57,538 nucleotides of DNA from Promethearchaeota archaeon (GCA_048939015.1 JBHLPW010000030.1:1-57538), one strand, 5' to 3'; positions 20,604 to 31,055 are shown, counted from the first letter of the stretch. The notes: generated by a model from the letters alone, not told the origin. Translations and numbers: made by a program.

Positions 20604-21344
20604 ATGGCTGTCAAGATTCTAAATGATTATTATGTTAAGCATAAATCAAAATTGATGAAAGATTTTTCTAAACGTATTAAAATTGCAAGGGATATGTTAA
20701 AAAAGAAATTTAATGAGGCTAAAATCAATGATTTATGCGATCAAATGAAAATAGAATATGAGAAAATAATTCCTGAAATACCCTATATAGGGGGAACTAA
20801 GAATCCTTTTTCCACTCTTCTTGTTGGGGGTTTAGCCGATCTCGCAATGTTTCGAGTCTTAGAAAAAGAGGGTTTTGCACTTCGAGAAATTGGAGAATTT
20901 TATTATGAGTTTCGCGATATAAATAATACTATCAGAAAAAATAGTTTGGAAAAAATCGGAAAGGATCCTGCAAATTATCCATTTGAAGCATCTTATGTTG
21001 AATGGGCTAAAAAACAATGTGAATTATCTAATTCAAAGAAATATGCATACGATTGGGTTGAAGATTTTGTTGAAGGTGATGAAAAAACTTTCGAGTGGGG
21101 CTTTAATTTTCATGAATGTGGAATTCATAAGGCTTGTAAGAAATTGGATGCTGAGAGATTTGTTCCATTTTTCTGTTTAGCTGACTTCTCTGAAGCAAAT
21201 ATTTTAGGATTTGGATTTTTTCGTACTCAAACGCTTGGATTCGGAGCTAGTATGTGTGATCATCGTTATGTAAAAAACTACAAGACTCCTAGAGGATGGC
21301 CTCCTGATGATCTACCAGAATTTAATAAAGATAAAATCCCATAA
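20604..21344 (+). CDS. L-2-amino-thiazoline-4-carboxylic acid hydrolase-like family protein
   Basis: IPYIGG..NP, FHECGI, FCLADF, RTQTLGFGASMCDHRY. Confidence 0.75.
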   Translation: MAVKILNDYYVKHKSKLMKDFSKRIKIARDMLKKKFNEAKINDLCDQMKIEYEKIIPEIPYIGGTKNPFSTLLVGGLADLAMFRVLEKEGFALREIGEFYYEFRDINNTIRKNSLEKIGKDPANYPFEASYVEWAKKQCELSNSKKYAYDWVEDFVEGDEKTFEWGFNFHECGIHKACKKLDAERFVPFFCLADFSEANILGFGFFRTQTLGFGASMCDHRYVKNYKTPRGWPPDDLPEFNKDKIP

Positions 21345-21365
21345 ATAAGGTGGGTGTTCTTTATA

Positions 21366-22142
21366 ATGAGTGAAAGGAAGGAACAAATTATTTTAGAAAA
21401 TCTAAAGAATCTTTTCACACAAATTTACAGAAAAGAAAGAAGTGAATCATATAGAGATCTCTTTCGAGAAGCTTTAAGTGATGATTATCCTGAAGAAGCT
21501 AATCCAGATGGGTTTGTCTCACTTACTGAAATGCAGACTATTGCGAAAAATCTTAATGTAGGACCCGGGAAAACTTTTGTTGATCTAGGATGTGGTAGAG
21601 GTGGACCCGGATTGTGGATAGCACGTGAAACTGGAGCAAATTATATAGGAATTGATTTTGCTGAAACTGCGATAGAAGGAGCTAAGCATCGAGCAAAAAA
21701 CTTCAAAATTCAAGGCACTTTCAAGTTCCAGGTAGGGAATATGGTTTCTCTGAACTTCCTAGAAAATAGTTTTGATGGTGCAATAAGTATTGATGTTATC
21801 TCATTTCTCCCCGATCCTCTTACTGCAATTAAAGAAGTAGCAAGAATTTTACGCTCAAAGACCATTTTTATATTTACTTCGTGGGAACATCGCAAATCAC
21901 GTAGGGTAAATGATTTTCGTCCTCATCTTCTTGATGCTGGATTTGAAATAAAAAGCTACACTGAACAACCAGAATGGAGACAACGTCAACGAGAAGTGTA
22001 TGAGAAAACCTTGGAATTAAAGGATGTATTAATTAAAGACATGGGAAGAGATGGAGCCTTTTCCTATATTATGGAAGCACAGCAATACCTCCCAATGCTC
22101 GATGATTTAAAGCGGATTTTAGTTGTAGCTATGAAAATCTGA
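21366..22142 (+). CDS. class I SAM-dependent methyltransferase
   Basis: VDLGCGRGG, GIDFA, FDGAISID, EVARILR. Confidence 0.9.
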   Translation: MSERKEQIILENLKNLFTQIYRKERSESYRDLFREALSDDYPEEANPDGFVSLTEMQTIAKNLNVGPGKTFVDLGCGRGGPGLWIARETGANYIGIDFAETAIEGAKHRAKNFKIQGTFKFQVGNMVSLNFLENSFDGAISIDVISFLPDPLTAIKEVARILRSKTIFIFTSWEHRKSRRVNDFRPHLLDAGFEIKSYTEQPEWRQRQREVYEKTLELKDVLIKDMGRDGAFSYIMEAQQYLPMLDDLKRILVVAMKI

Positions 22143-22186
22143 AAAACAAGAAACTCACAGAAAAACCCTATCCTAACCTAAATAAT

Positions 22187-23326
22187 TTATCTCCATAAAT
22201 TTAATGTTTCCAACTTAAATTTTATTTTTTTTGACAACCATTTTGGAATAAGATTAGTGTCGTTAAACCAAAGTGATAGGTTCTTCTGAAATTTTGGATT
22301 TTCAAAGATCGTATTCAATTCTACTTGATTCAAAGAATCCAAATAATTCTCTTTTATTAAAAATAAAACCACTGAAGGATATCCGCTTTCAAGTCTCTCT
22401 GCAATCTCTTCTTTAAATACTCTCTTTGCTAGAGGATCTCCGGCATCTATGAGAGCTTTCAGCAATGGAAAAGCTAGATTTCTGTGCAAAAGACGTGTAT
22501 CGTATTTATTTTCATACCATGCTTGTATATTAGAACAATGTCCCCAAAATTCAGTTTCGGGAGAGATATCATATTTACCAAATCGGACCCCATGCATTGA
22601 ATCATCAAGTGCTTCTGCTGCTTCATCGATAGATTCAATTCCATCATACTCATTAAATTTATCTTTAGCTATACTTAATAATAGGTATTTACAATGATTG
22701 AATAGTTTTCCTCCCACATAGATATTAGTCCTATTATTTTCTAATCTGAGAACTAGATGATTATTTACTCTAAATTCAGGCCACGTCTCACTATACGGCT
22801 TTCTTCTTATGTCTAAAGGTTTTGGAACTACAAATATATTAGGTGATATCCCCTCACCTATATTTTCTGCTAGATTTTCAAAGATATTTTCCGCACTGTG
22901 TAGATTTTCTAATCTTTCTTGTCGTGTTTCTTGACCTATTGGATCTTCTACATCATTATCCACACATTTTGTTCCGATGACTATGATTGGAACATTTCCC
23001 GCTTCTCTTCTTATCAATTGAATATTTTCAAGGATATGAGCCAATGAATTTGCATCCTTCACATCATACACTATTAATCCTCCATTTGCGCCTCGACAAT
23101 AATAAGGTGCTAAAAATCGAAATCTTTTCTCTGATCCCACATCCCATATTTGGAATTTAATATTATGTCCAAGGATATTTTGAGTTCGAACAAAAAAATC
23201 AACACCAATCGTTAACTTTGTTTCACTATTAAAGAGATCATAACAAAAATTACGCGCAAAATATGACTTTCCTTCTGACGCTTCACCAATAAGTACTATT
23301 TTATAAGTTAAATCATATCCTACCAT
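22187..23326 (-). CDS. degenerate Rab-like GTPase fused to an EFWGHCSNIQAW domain
   Basis: GEASEGKS, TIGVDF, IWDVGS, G4 reads GTKCV, G5 absent; C-terminal domain aligns with the middle of 40177..42123. Confidence 0.85.
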   Translation of the reverse strand: MVGYDLTYKIVLIGEASEGKSYFARNFCYDLFNSETKLTIGVDFFVRTQNILGHNIKFQIWDVGSEKRFRFLAPYYCRGANGGLIVYDVKDANSLAHILENIQLIRREAGNVPIIVIGTKCVDNDVEDPIGQETRQERLENLHSAENIFENLAENIGEGISPNIFVVPKPLDIRRKPYSETWPEFRVNNHLVLRLENNRTNIYVGGKLFNHCKYLLLSIAKDKFNEYDGIESIDEAAEALDDSMHGVRFGKYDISPETEFWGHCSNIQAWYENKYDTRLLHRNLAFPLLKALIDAGDPLAKRVFKEEIAERLESGYPSVVLFLIKENYLDSLNQVELNTIFENPKFQKNLSLWFNDTNLIPKWLSKKIKFKLETLNLWR

Positions 23327-23514
23327 TTGATATAAAAGCCCACTTTTTTAGGTTAAATCATCAAAATTTCTTTTGGAATCTACACTTTATTATCTATAAA
23401 GTTGAGTAATTAATCTAAATCGTTTAACCCTACATAAGAAAAAGCATTTTTCCCTTATAAATCTCTCAGTTCGCCGTTTTTTCACATGAAATAAAGGAAA
23501 TATTGTATCAATGA

Positions 23515-24063
23515 TTAAGCTTTAATACTTTGGATTTTGGGTATATCATATATCTTTCTATTAGCCATTAATTTTAGTAATCCAGAAAATAATTCATTTA
23601 CATTTTCTCCAGTTTTACTGGAACATTCAATAAATCCACTCATACCAATCGATTTGGCAGTATCAACTCCTTCTTCCCAAGAAATTTCTCTAATCTCATC
23701 TAGATCGTATTTACTTCCTGCTAACACGATTGGAAAATTTTGATCTATCTTTCTTAAAAGAGAAAGCCACTCCTTAATATGATAAAATGAAGTTTTATCA
23801 GTTATATCATATAATAAAATTCCCCCAACTGCCCCATATATATATTCAGGAAACATAAAACGAAATCGCCCTTCACCAGCAAAATCCCCAATTAATAACT
23901 TTATTTCTTTACCACCCAATTCTAAATCCTTGGTTTCAAAATCAACTCCTATAGTCTTACGAAAATCTGAATTAAATTCATCAGTTAAGAATCTTTTTCT
24001 TAATGAGGTTTTCCCAGACCCACTATCTCCGAAAATAACGATTTTACAAATCAAGTCAGACAT
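23515..24063 (-). CDS. Rab-like small GTPase (Ras superfamily)
   Basis: GDSGSGKT, TIGVDF, DFAGE, SKYD, ECSSK; no C-terminal prenylation Cys. Confidence 0.92.
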   Translation of the reverse strand: MSDLICKIVIFGDSGSGKTSLRKRFLTDEFNSDFRKTIGVDFETKDLELGGKEIKLLIGDFAGEGRFRFMFPEYIYGAVGGILLYDITDKTSFYHIKEWLSLLRKIDQNFPIVLAGSKYDLDEIREISWEEGVDTAKSIGMSGFIECSSKTGENVNELFSGLLKLMANRKIYDIPKIQSIKA

Positions 24064-24096
24064 ATCAATCCATTATACTCCACTTTAGTTTACTAA

Positions 24097-24118
24097 TGGT
24101 GGAAGAATTCTTCTACCA
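24097..24118. promoter_or_regulatory. 22-bp near-perfect palindrome upstream of the GTPase gene; candidate operator
   Basis: TGGTGGAAGAATTCTTCTACCA has one mismatched pair and lies 34-55 nt upstream of ATG 24063. Confidence 0.4.
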
Positions 24119-24430
24119 AATCACCTACAACCCATTTCCTAAGAGTTGGCTAGATGCCAAATTCTTGCATTAAATCAATGCAATGCTACACATAATAATA
24201 CTCATATTTAAATCACGTAGCTTGTCATCTTTTTCACAGCAAATAATGGAATTTCATTATCAATATTCTATATAACTTTGACTACAATCAAATTTCATTA
24301 AGACTGCCATAATTATCTGATTAATTTCTTTCTTTCTCTCAAACCTTAAAAAAATTTAAATAATAACTCTTTCATAATAGAGTTAAAAATTAGTTTTTTC
24401 AAAATTAAAATATTTTAAGGGTGAACTTAC

Positions 24431-25390
24431 ATATCAATTATATTTTCGATTATATTTTTTGCAGTTGGAGTTTTAATCTTTATTCTAATCATTAGATATA
24501 TAGTCATTACCACAAGATGTTCTAAGTGGCCAATTGTTGTCGGTGAGGTTATCTCATCAGAAATGAAGCCGAAGTATAAAAAATTGGCTGAATTTGCTGA
24601 AGCGGTCCACACGGTAGCAAGCATTTATCAACCAGAAATAATATATACCTATGAAATTGATGGAGAGAAATACTCTAATAATATGGTAAGACCAGTCGGA
24701 AGAAATGTGTATAAAGATAAACCCTTAGTGCAGCGGGTATTAAATTTGTTTCCAGTAGGCTACAAAGTCTACATTTTCTATAATCCTAAAAATCCTCAGA
24801 ATTCTGTACTTGATCCTTGGATACGTTTTTCTCCAGTCGTTATTACGATTCCTACAGCTTTAATTTTCCTAGGCTTGGGAATCTCATTTAGTGGCTTTAA
24901 TTTTTTAATTCCAATTGGGATTAATTTTATCTCATTTGCATTATACATTGCTTCTGTGTTTATCATTGGACAGGATTTTAGATATTTAGTAAAAGCATCG
25001 AAAAGTAGAAAATGGCTATATGTGGAAGGAGATATCGAAAAAGTGATGGTTCTTAGAAAAAAGGAAGAACAAACAGTCTCTTATAGTGTTGACGTAACTT
25101 ACAACTATGAAGTGGAAGGACGAAAATTCACTAATCATCAGATAAAGCTTGATTTCGTACATGGGACTCGAACATTCGTTCCTAAAATCTTTGCTATGAT
25201 GAAAGTAGAAAAATATCAAGAAGGGAATAAAATTAATGTTTTTTACGATCCTCGTAACCCCAATGAATCTATACTGGAGCGCGGACTAAGCTTATTTTCA
25301 TTCTTTCTGATGTTGATCGTAGGTATTGGATTATTCCTTTTTGGCTTTTTCGTTATTCAGCTTATGATTTACAATCTTTTAATTGGATAA
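24431..25390 (+). CDS. tandem DUF3592-like membrane protein
   Basis: Two TM + SKWP/KW..V.G...Y.YE..G..Y/F...V.Y.P.NP..S.L units; frame is open upstream of ATG 24563 to 24425 and includes the first TM; proposed ATA start at 24431. Confidence 0.75.
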   Translation: MSIIFSIIFFAVGVLIFILIIRYIVITTRCSKWPIVVGEVISSEMKPKYKKLAEFAEAVHTVASIYQPEIIYTYEIDGEKYSNNMVRPVGRNVYKDKPLVQRVLNLFPVGYKVYIFYNPKNPQNSVLDPWIRFSPVVITIPTALIFLGLGISFSGFNFLIPIGINFISFALYIASVFIIGQDFRYLVKASKSRKWLYVEGDIEKVMVLRKKEEQTVSYSVDVTYNYEVEGRKFTNHQIKLDFVHGTRTFVPKIFAMMKVEKYQEGNKINVFYDPRNPNESILERGLSLFSFFLMLIVGIGLFLFGFFVIQLMIYNLLIG

Positions 25391-25536
25391 AATTTATCAC
25401 TGTACCATATTTACCAAGAAAATAATTAATTTCATTTAGAGTAGAGAAACTTAATAGTAGAAGAAATTATAAAAAAAAATTGATTTTTGGTTTTTTAATC
25501 TTTTCAAGGAATATTTAATCAATAGGATTAGGGAAT

Positions 25537-26871
25537 TTAACAAACGTAAGCTAGGATGGTATGAACACCTAAACCAATTCCCCATCCAACCATAGCTATT
25601 GCACTCCATGGAAAACCACCCATCATAATATTAAGAATAATGAGATAAATATTTGTGGAGATATATACTGCGAGATGTAGAGTAAAAGTGCCTTTCCAGA
25701 AACCTTTTATTCTAAGACGGACAATTAAATAAATTGCCCCATGAACAGAGATTCCTATTCCCCATCCCATAATTGGGTGAACAATATTACTTAAATCTAC
25801 AGCTATAATAATCATAGTAATTGCCATCAACAGAATTCCGATAGCATAAATGATTAAATGAGAAAAGAAAGAATACTGCCATAAAACGAGCCTTCGGGCC
25901 TTGGAATGCAATTCATATTCATCTACATCAGTGATATGTTTTTCAACCTTTATTAGTGCCTTTTTTATCCGATTATCGTATTTTAAAGATGCGGATACAT
26001 GGACACGAATTATAATCCCCCATAGAATTAATGAGTAAATTGGCCAAAAATATGCGATATCAGATTTATTCCATTCGTAAATTAGTAAAATATTCGATGC
26101 TACATAGAGAGATATATGAATGATAAGTCCTTTTAAGTTTGGTTTAATGGATTCATTGTAGAAGCGTAGGAAAAAACTAAATATATGGATGACAAGTACT
26201 ACACTCCAATAAATTGTACGATCAATCATATTAATATCTCCGAGATTTACATTGGCCAAGTTAGGAATAACTGTATAAATTAAAATATTGATAATTGCAA
26301 AGTAGGTTATATGTACTACTAAAATCCATAGATTTGAAATTTTGCGGGTCGCTATTTTATTAATTTTTTGAGCCTCATAATTAGGATACTTTCTCATTAT
26401 CTTAGCCCTTTCATTAACCATTAACATATCCCATGTGAAAAATGCGAGCGCATGGAATAAAATCCCTACACCCCACATACTTAATGGCCAGTAAAAGAAA
26501 ACTACTCCTGGAATAAGTAAATCCCCACATAATACAATAAGGTTTACCATTACATAAATAAAGATATGGAAAATAAAGAGTAATCCAAGGGTAGATTGTT
26601 CTTTAATCTTTGTAAGGTATGATACCTTATCGAAATATATCAGGTAGCCAATTAGATGAAGTCCAATACCAATACCCCAACCGAGTATGGGAAATGCAGG
26701 TAAAAAGAACGAGATATCTCCAACTAAAGCCCAAATTAAAATTAATAAAGCCATTACTGCACTATATAAAAAGAGGTGTAATTTAAGAAGAATTTTATGA
26801 GCTGTTGACTTTTTCATATTCTTAGGTTTCTCTGGAGTTGATATTTGTGTTATTACTTCTGGTTTATTCAT
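25537..26871 (-). CDS. membrane protein built from six tandem 2TM-domain repeats
   Basis: Six H..(Y)...(N)...W(G)......H helical hairpins, e.g. WPLSMWGVGILFH and GWGIGLGVH. Confidence 0.8.
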   Translation of the reverse strand: MNKPEVITQISTPEKPKNMKKSTAHKILLKLHLFLYSAVMALLILIWALVGDISFFLPAFPILGWGIGIGLHLIGYLIYFDKVSYLTKIKEQSTLGLLFIFHIFIYVMVNLIVLCGDLLIPGVVFFYWPLSMWGVGILFHALAFFTWDMLMVNERAKIMRKYPNYEAQKINKIATRKISNLWILVVHITYFAIINILIYTVIPNLANVNLGDINMIDRTIYWSVVLVIHIFSFFLRFYNESIKPNLKGLIIHISLYVASNILLIYEWNKSDIAYFWPIYSLILWGIIIRVHVSASLKYDNRIKKALIKVEKHITDVDEYELHSKARRLVLWQYSFFSHLIIYAIGILLMAITMIIIAVDLSNIVHPIMGWGIGISVHGAIYLIVRLRIKGFWKGTFTLHLAVYISTNIYLIILNIMMGGFPWSAIAMVGWGIGLGVHTILAYVC

Positions 26872-27181
26872 AATAATACACTGTTTTTGATTATAATTTA
26901 AATTGATTTAATTAACAAAATCATTTTTTGTAACTACAAATAATTCAGGTATTTAAACCTATTGTTGGATCTACATAGTCATAAACAGGCTGAAATTGTC
27001 TCTATTTAATAATAATATCTAGTGATATAAAAATTATCAAGAGACCAATTTTTCTCCTACTAATCATGTTAAAAAATGGCGAAAAAGGTCATATTAGGCG
27101 AAGAGAAGCAGATAAAGCTCGCAAAGATACAGGTTACTAATTTAGAAAATTTGATACTTATTAAAAAATTCAATTAATTAT

Positions 27182-27670
27182 ATGAATAATATAAAACAAA
27201 AATCTAAATTTTCTCTTATACAATACAGAAAAGACAAGAGAATTTTAGAGCTTGTTAATAAAACTGATAAAAAAACTTTAGCTATATGGGCGATTAATTG
27301 TGCTAAACGTGTTCTACCACATTTTCAGAAGCAATTTCCAATAGACTCTCGTCCTAAAAATGCCATACTAACCCTCCAAGCATGGATAGATACAGGGATA
27401 TTTAAAATGGCAGTCATTCGTAAAGCCTCTCTTGATTCTCATGCTGCAGCCCGTGAAGTAGGTGAGGAAAATGCCTCTCGTTCTGCTGCTCGTGCTGCAG
27501 GTCAAGCTGTTGCAACAATTCATGTTAAAAATCATTCTATTGGTGCTGCAATCTATGCCTTACAAGCTATACATAGAGCTACCAACTCCTCTGATGCCGA
27601 TAATGCTGTAAATGAAGAACGCGAGTGGCAATATCAACTCTTACTTAGGTTGAGACAAAAATGTTCCTAA
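27182..27670 (+). CDS. Imm5-like putative immunity protein
   Basis: LAIWAINCAKRVLP...DSRP..AI and HAAARE...AARAAGQAVATIHV..H. Confidence 0.8.
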   Translation: MNNIKQKSKFSLIQYRKDKRILELVNKTDKKTLAIWAINCAKRVLPHFQKQFPIDSRPKNAILTLQAWIDTGIFKMAVIRKASLDSHAAAREVGEENASRSAARAAGQAVATIHVKNHSIGAAIYALQAIHRATNSSDADNAVNEEREWQYQLLLRLRQKCS

Positions 27671-27857
27671 ATTCTGTAAAATATAAATCAGAATTAGTTA
27701 TGATTGGATTTATCTAGAATTCCAAATACAATATTTATAAAATAGGCTTTCTACAAATTCTGGTTATTATATAGTAAAGTACTCATTTTTAACTATGTAG
27801 ATTCAACAATTATTGGACTACAGATTTTTTTTAATCAACTTTTATCTCAATTCTAGT

Positions 27858-28502
27858 ATGAATGTGAATTATGATTTGGATGGTCTTTTTAAAATAACAC
27901 CGGAGCATGTTAAAGAAGCATGCAAGGTGGCTGGGGAAGCTTTTGTAGATGATCCTGTAATGGTATATTCATTTCCTGATGAAGAAGAAAGAAAAAAGAA
28001 TTCACAATATGGATTTTATATGATCTATAACTATGGAATAAAATATGGACTAACTTATGCTACAACTGAGAACTTTGAAGGAATTACAATTTGGCTCCCC
28101 CCAGATAATGTTTATCCATCTACTTGGCAAATGATGAGATATGGTGGTTTTTATACAATGCGTAGGGTGGGTTTAAAATTAAAAGCAATGAAAAGATCTA
28201 TCATAGTTTTTAAATACGAGGAAGAGAGACATAGAGCACTTGCACCCTTTGACCATTGGTATTTTCAGAATATTGCCGTTAAACCAGAAGAACAAGGAAA
28301 AGGATATGGGAGTTATTTGATAAGTACCATGCTAAAAACAATTGAAAGCGATGGACTACCAGTTTATGTGGAAACTAATACTGAAAAAGCTATGTCCATT
28401 TACCAGAAACATGGATTCGAAGTTCTTGAATATACAATAATTCCTGAAACAGATATCCCTCTGTGGTGTATGTTAAGAAAACCAAATGGCATAAAAAGGT
28501 GA
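27858..28502 (+). CDS. GNAT N-acetyltransferase
   Basis: AFVDDP, HWYFQNIAVKPEEQGKGYG, IYQKHGF. Confidence 0.9.
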   Translation: MNVNYDLDGLFKITPEHVKEACKVAGEAFVDDPVMVYSFPDEEERKKNSQYGFYMIYNYGIKYGLTYATTENFEGITIWLPPDNVYPSTWQMMRYGGFYTMRRVGLKLKAMKRSIIVFKYEEERHRALAPFDHWYFQNIAVKPEEQGKGYGSYLISTMLKTIESDGLPVYVETNTEKAMSIYQKHGFEVLEYTIIPETDIPLWCMLRKPNGIKR

Positions 28503-28510
28503 ATTTAGCT

Positions 28511-29149
28511 ATGTTTAAACTTAATAATTTTTATAGATTAACTAATAAGGATATTGAAGCCGCTTCTGAAGTTTATGCTAGAGCTTACTCTCAAATTACA
28601 CTCTATGAAAAAGCCCTGGAAGGAATAGAAGATAAAAATCTAGTATTGAAAACATTTTTTGAAATAGCAATTCGTTATGGACTAAAATATGGATTTCCTT
28701 ATGCTCCTTCAGAACAATTAGAAGGAATTGCAATTTGGTTACCTTATGAAAAAGATGATATGACTATGTGGAGATTGATTCGATCTGGTGGATTTAAAAA
28801 TAGTCTCAAATTGGTAAAAATTGGCAGAGAATTTCTGGCTTCAGTTAAAGGATTAAGTCAATTAGATAAGGATAGAGCCAAAAACATGGCGGGGAAACGA
28901 TATTTAGATCTAATGAGTATAGCAGTTGATCCTAAATATCAAAGAAAAGGTATTGCTAGTAAATTATTGAAAGCAATGTTTGAAAAAGCAGACAGCTATG
29001 GCTATTATACATATGTAAGCGCTGATATTGACAATGTAGATTTTTATAAGAAACATGGATATAAAGTCATCAAGGAACTTAACATCAAAATCAATGACTA
29101 TGATTTATCCAATTGGGAAATGCTTCGAGCTCCTAATCATGTCATTTAA
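28511..29149 (+). CDS. GNAT N-acetyltransferase (paralogue of the preceding gene)
   Basis: EGIAIWLP, IAVDPKYQRKGIA, FYKKHGY. Confidence 0.9.
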   Translation: MFKLNNFYRLTNKDIEAASEVYARAYSQITLYEKALEGIEDKNLVLKTFFEIAIRYGLKYGFPYAPSEQLEGIAIWLPYEKDDMTMWRLIRSGGFKNSLKLVKIGREFLASVKGLSQLDKDRAKNMAGKRYLDLMSIAVDPKYQRKGIASKLLKAMFEKADSYGYYTYVSADIDNVDFYKKHGYKVIKELNIKINDYDLSNWEMLRAPNHVI

Positions 29150-29333
29150 ATTGATTTATCAATAAGGAAAAATGCCACAATAAATTTATCTAAATTTTCT
29201 TTTTACTTATATTTGAATGAACATGAATGAAGAATCACAAAAAATAGAAATAAAAATTTAGTGAATACATTTTAGCATTGGAGTAGTGGTGAAATAATAA
29301 GCATAATCTGTTATGCTTGAAAATTAAGTCGTA

Positions 29334-30110
29334 ATGACCATATATGAAATGTTAGTTTACCTTTCTTCTATTATAATTATGATAAAAATTGGACTAACAC
29401 AACCTTTTAATGTAGTTAAAAGTGCTTATCATAATATGCTAGAAATTGAAACTCAAAACATAAAATTAAAAAAAACTTCAAATAGAGCCTTAGAAGTTTT
29501 GTCATCAACAACAGGCATCCTTTCTAATCTTTATGGTTTAGAACATGGGATCTTCGAAATTCTTCAGGGTAATACTACACCAGATAGTCCCATAATAGAT
29601 GCTATTGGTCCGGCTAATGAATTTTTTCCAGGAGCTATGGAACCTGCTTTTACAATTATCCCAAATTTCCTAATAACTGGCATAATTGCGGTAATTTTAG
29701 GAGCTATTGGTATCATCTGGTCCATCGCATTTATAAGGAAGAAGTATGGAGGGTTAGGTATGTTTATCATCTCAATTTTACTACTATTAATGGGAGGAGG
29801 AAGTGCCCCCGTATTTTTAGGGCTAGTATCAAGTCTCCTTGCGAGTAAGATAAACAAACCTTTAAACTGGTGGAATACACATCTTTCAACAAAGTCTAAG
29901 AAGTTCCTTGGGAAATTATGGCCTTGGAGTATTATCATTACAGTATCATATTCGCTATTTTCTGTTGAACTTGCGATTTTTGGATGGCCTCTGATCTATC
30001 TCTTGGATTTAGAGGTTTTTTATGTCATTCTATACATCGCCGGGAACATTGGTACTTTACTAATGGTAATATCAATCATTTCAGGAGTGGGATACGACCT
30101 CAAAAATTAA
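29334..30110 (+). CDS. conserved hypothetical membrane protein
   Basis: GLEHGIFEILQGN and EPAFTIIPNFLITG; about 5-6 TM; true start may be ATG 29436. Confidence 0.65.
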   Translation: MTIYEMLVYLSSIIIMIKIGLTQPFNVVKSAYHNMLEIETQNIKLKKTSNRALEVLSSTTGILSNLYGLEHGIFEILQGNTTPDSPIIDAIGPANEFFPGAMEPAFTIIPNFLITGIIAVILGAIGIIWSIAFIRKKYGGLGMFIISILLLLMGGGSAPVFLGLVSSLLASKINKPLNWWNTHLSTKSKKFLGKLWPWSIIITVSYSLFSVELAIFGWPLIYLLDLEVFYVILYIAGNIGTLLMVISIISGVGYDLKN

Positions 30111-30174
30111 ATACTGAAAATTAACTAAAGAAATTTAAAAAATTCAAATAAAAAATATTTATGAGTGAACATTT

Positions 30175-31008
30175 TTGAGTGAAAATTTATTAAAAAAATA
30201 TGAACTTACAATTTACTATATATTATCGTTTGTAGGTATGGGTGTAGGAGCCCTAATATCCTTTTTATTCCGAATTGAACTATTTGGTGTAAATAATATA
30301 AATGTTATTTCACTGATCTTATGGGTGATCATGGCTTTTAGCCCCACCTATTCTGCTATTCTTCTTACAGGTATAAATCATGGAAAAGACGGTCTGAAAA
30401 AGTTATTATCCGGTTATTTTAAGTTAAGAGTATCATGGAAATGGTGGTTAGGGGCATTAGCTCTTTTACTTGTACCATTTTTAGTATGTTTAATCATCGC
30501 ATTAGCTAGTGGAGGGTATTTACTTCCTGTTGAGTTTACAGTCCCTCTTTTACTTATTTCAATCATCTATTATTTCTTCTCAGGTCCTATCGCGGAAGAA
30601 GCTGGTTGGCGAGGTTTTGCGCTTCCCCGAATGTTAGAGAAACACAGTGCTACCTCTGTTACACTCCTTCAAGGTGTAATTTGGATTTTTTGGCATGTAC
30701 CTCTAGTAATTGTTCCAGGATCCTCTCAGGCAACCGCATTTTGGCCAGTTTATGCAACTTTAGTTTTATTAAGTAATATCTTTTTAAACTGGTTATATAT
30801 AAACTCAAAAGGGAGCTTAGCAGTTACAATCCTTGCACATTTCTCTTTCAATTTTAGTAGTGTTGTCATAGTTACTTTGCTCGCTTTGGTTCCATACATG
30901 ACATTTAGTATTGTAGGCTCTGTCCTAGGAGTGGCATATCTCTTGATTATTTATGTCTTTTTTAGTTCGAAGACATATGAACCTCGTTCTAAACAAAATA
31001 AAGAATAA
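30175..31008 (+). CDS. CPBP/Abi (CAAX type II) intramembrane metalloprotease
   Basis: EEAGWRG, WIFWHVP, HFSFN. Confidence 0.9.
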   Translation: MSENLLKKYELTIYYILSFVGMGVGALISFLFRIELFGVNNINVISLILWVIMAFSPTYSAILLTGINHGKDGLKKLLSGYFKLRVSWKWWLGALALLLVPFLVCLIIALASGGYLLPVEFTVPLLLISIIYYFFSGPIAEEAGWRGFALPRMLEKHSATSVTLLQGVIWIFWHVPLVIVPGSSQATAFWPVYATLVLLSNIFLNWLYINSKGSLAVTILAHFSFNFSSVVIVTLLALVPYMTFSIVGSVLGVAYLLIIYVFFSSKTYEPRSKQNKE

Positions 31009-31055
31009 TCTAATTTCTTTTTTTTTTTTAATTCGGAACAAGTGTGAAAAATGGA

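Noticed and set aside
27858-29149. Tandem GNAT paralogues as a toxin-antitoxin or novel system
   Set aside because: They look like ordinary duplicated small-molecule acetyltransferases, and no antitoxin-like ORF is adjacent.
31013-31029. Oligo-T tracts after stop codons (also ~15481 and ~36869-36887)
   Set aside because: Probably ordinary archaeal terminators, but too common in AT-rich DNA to call individually.
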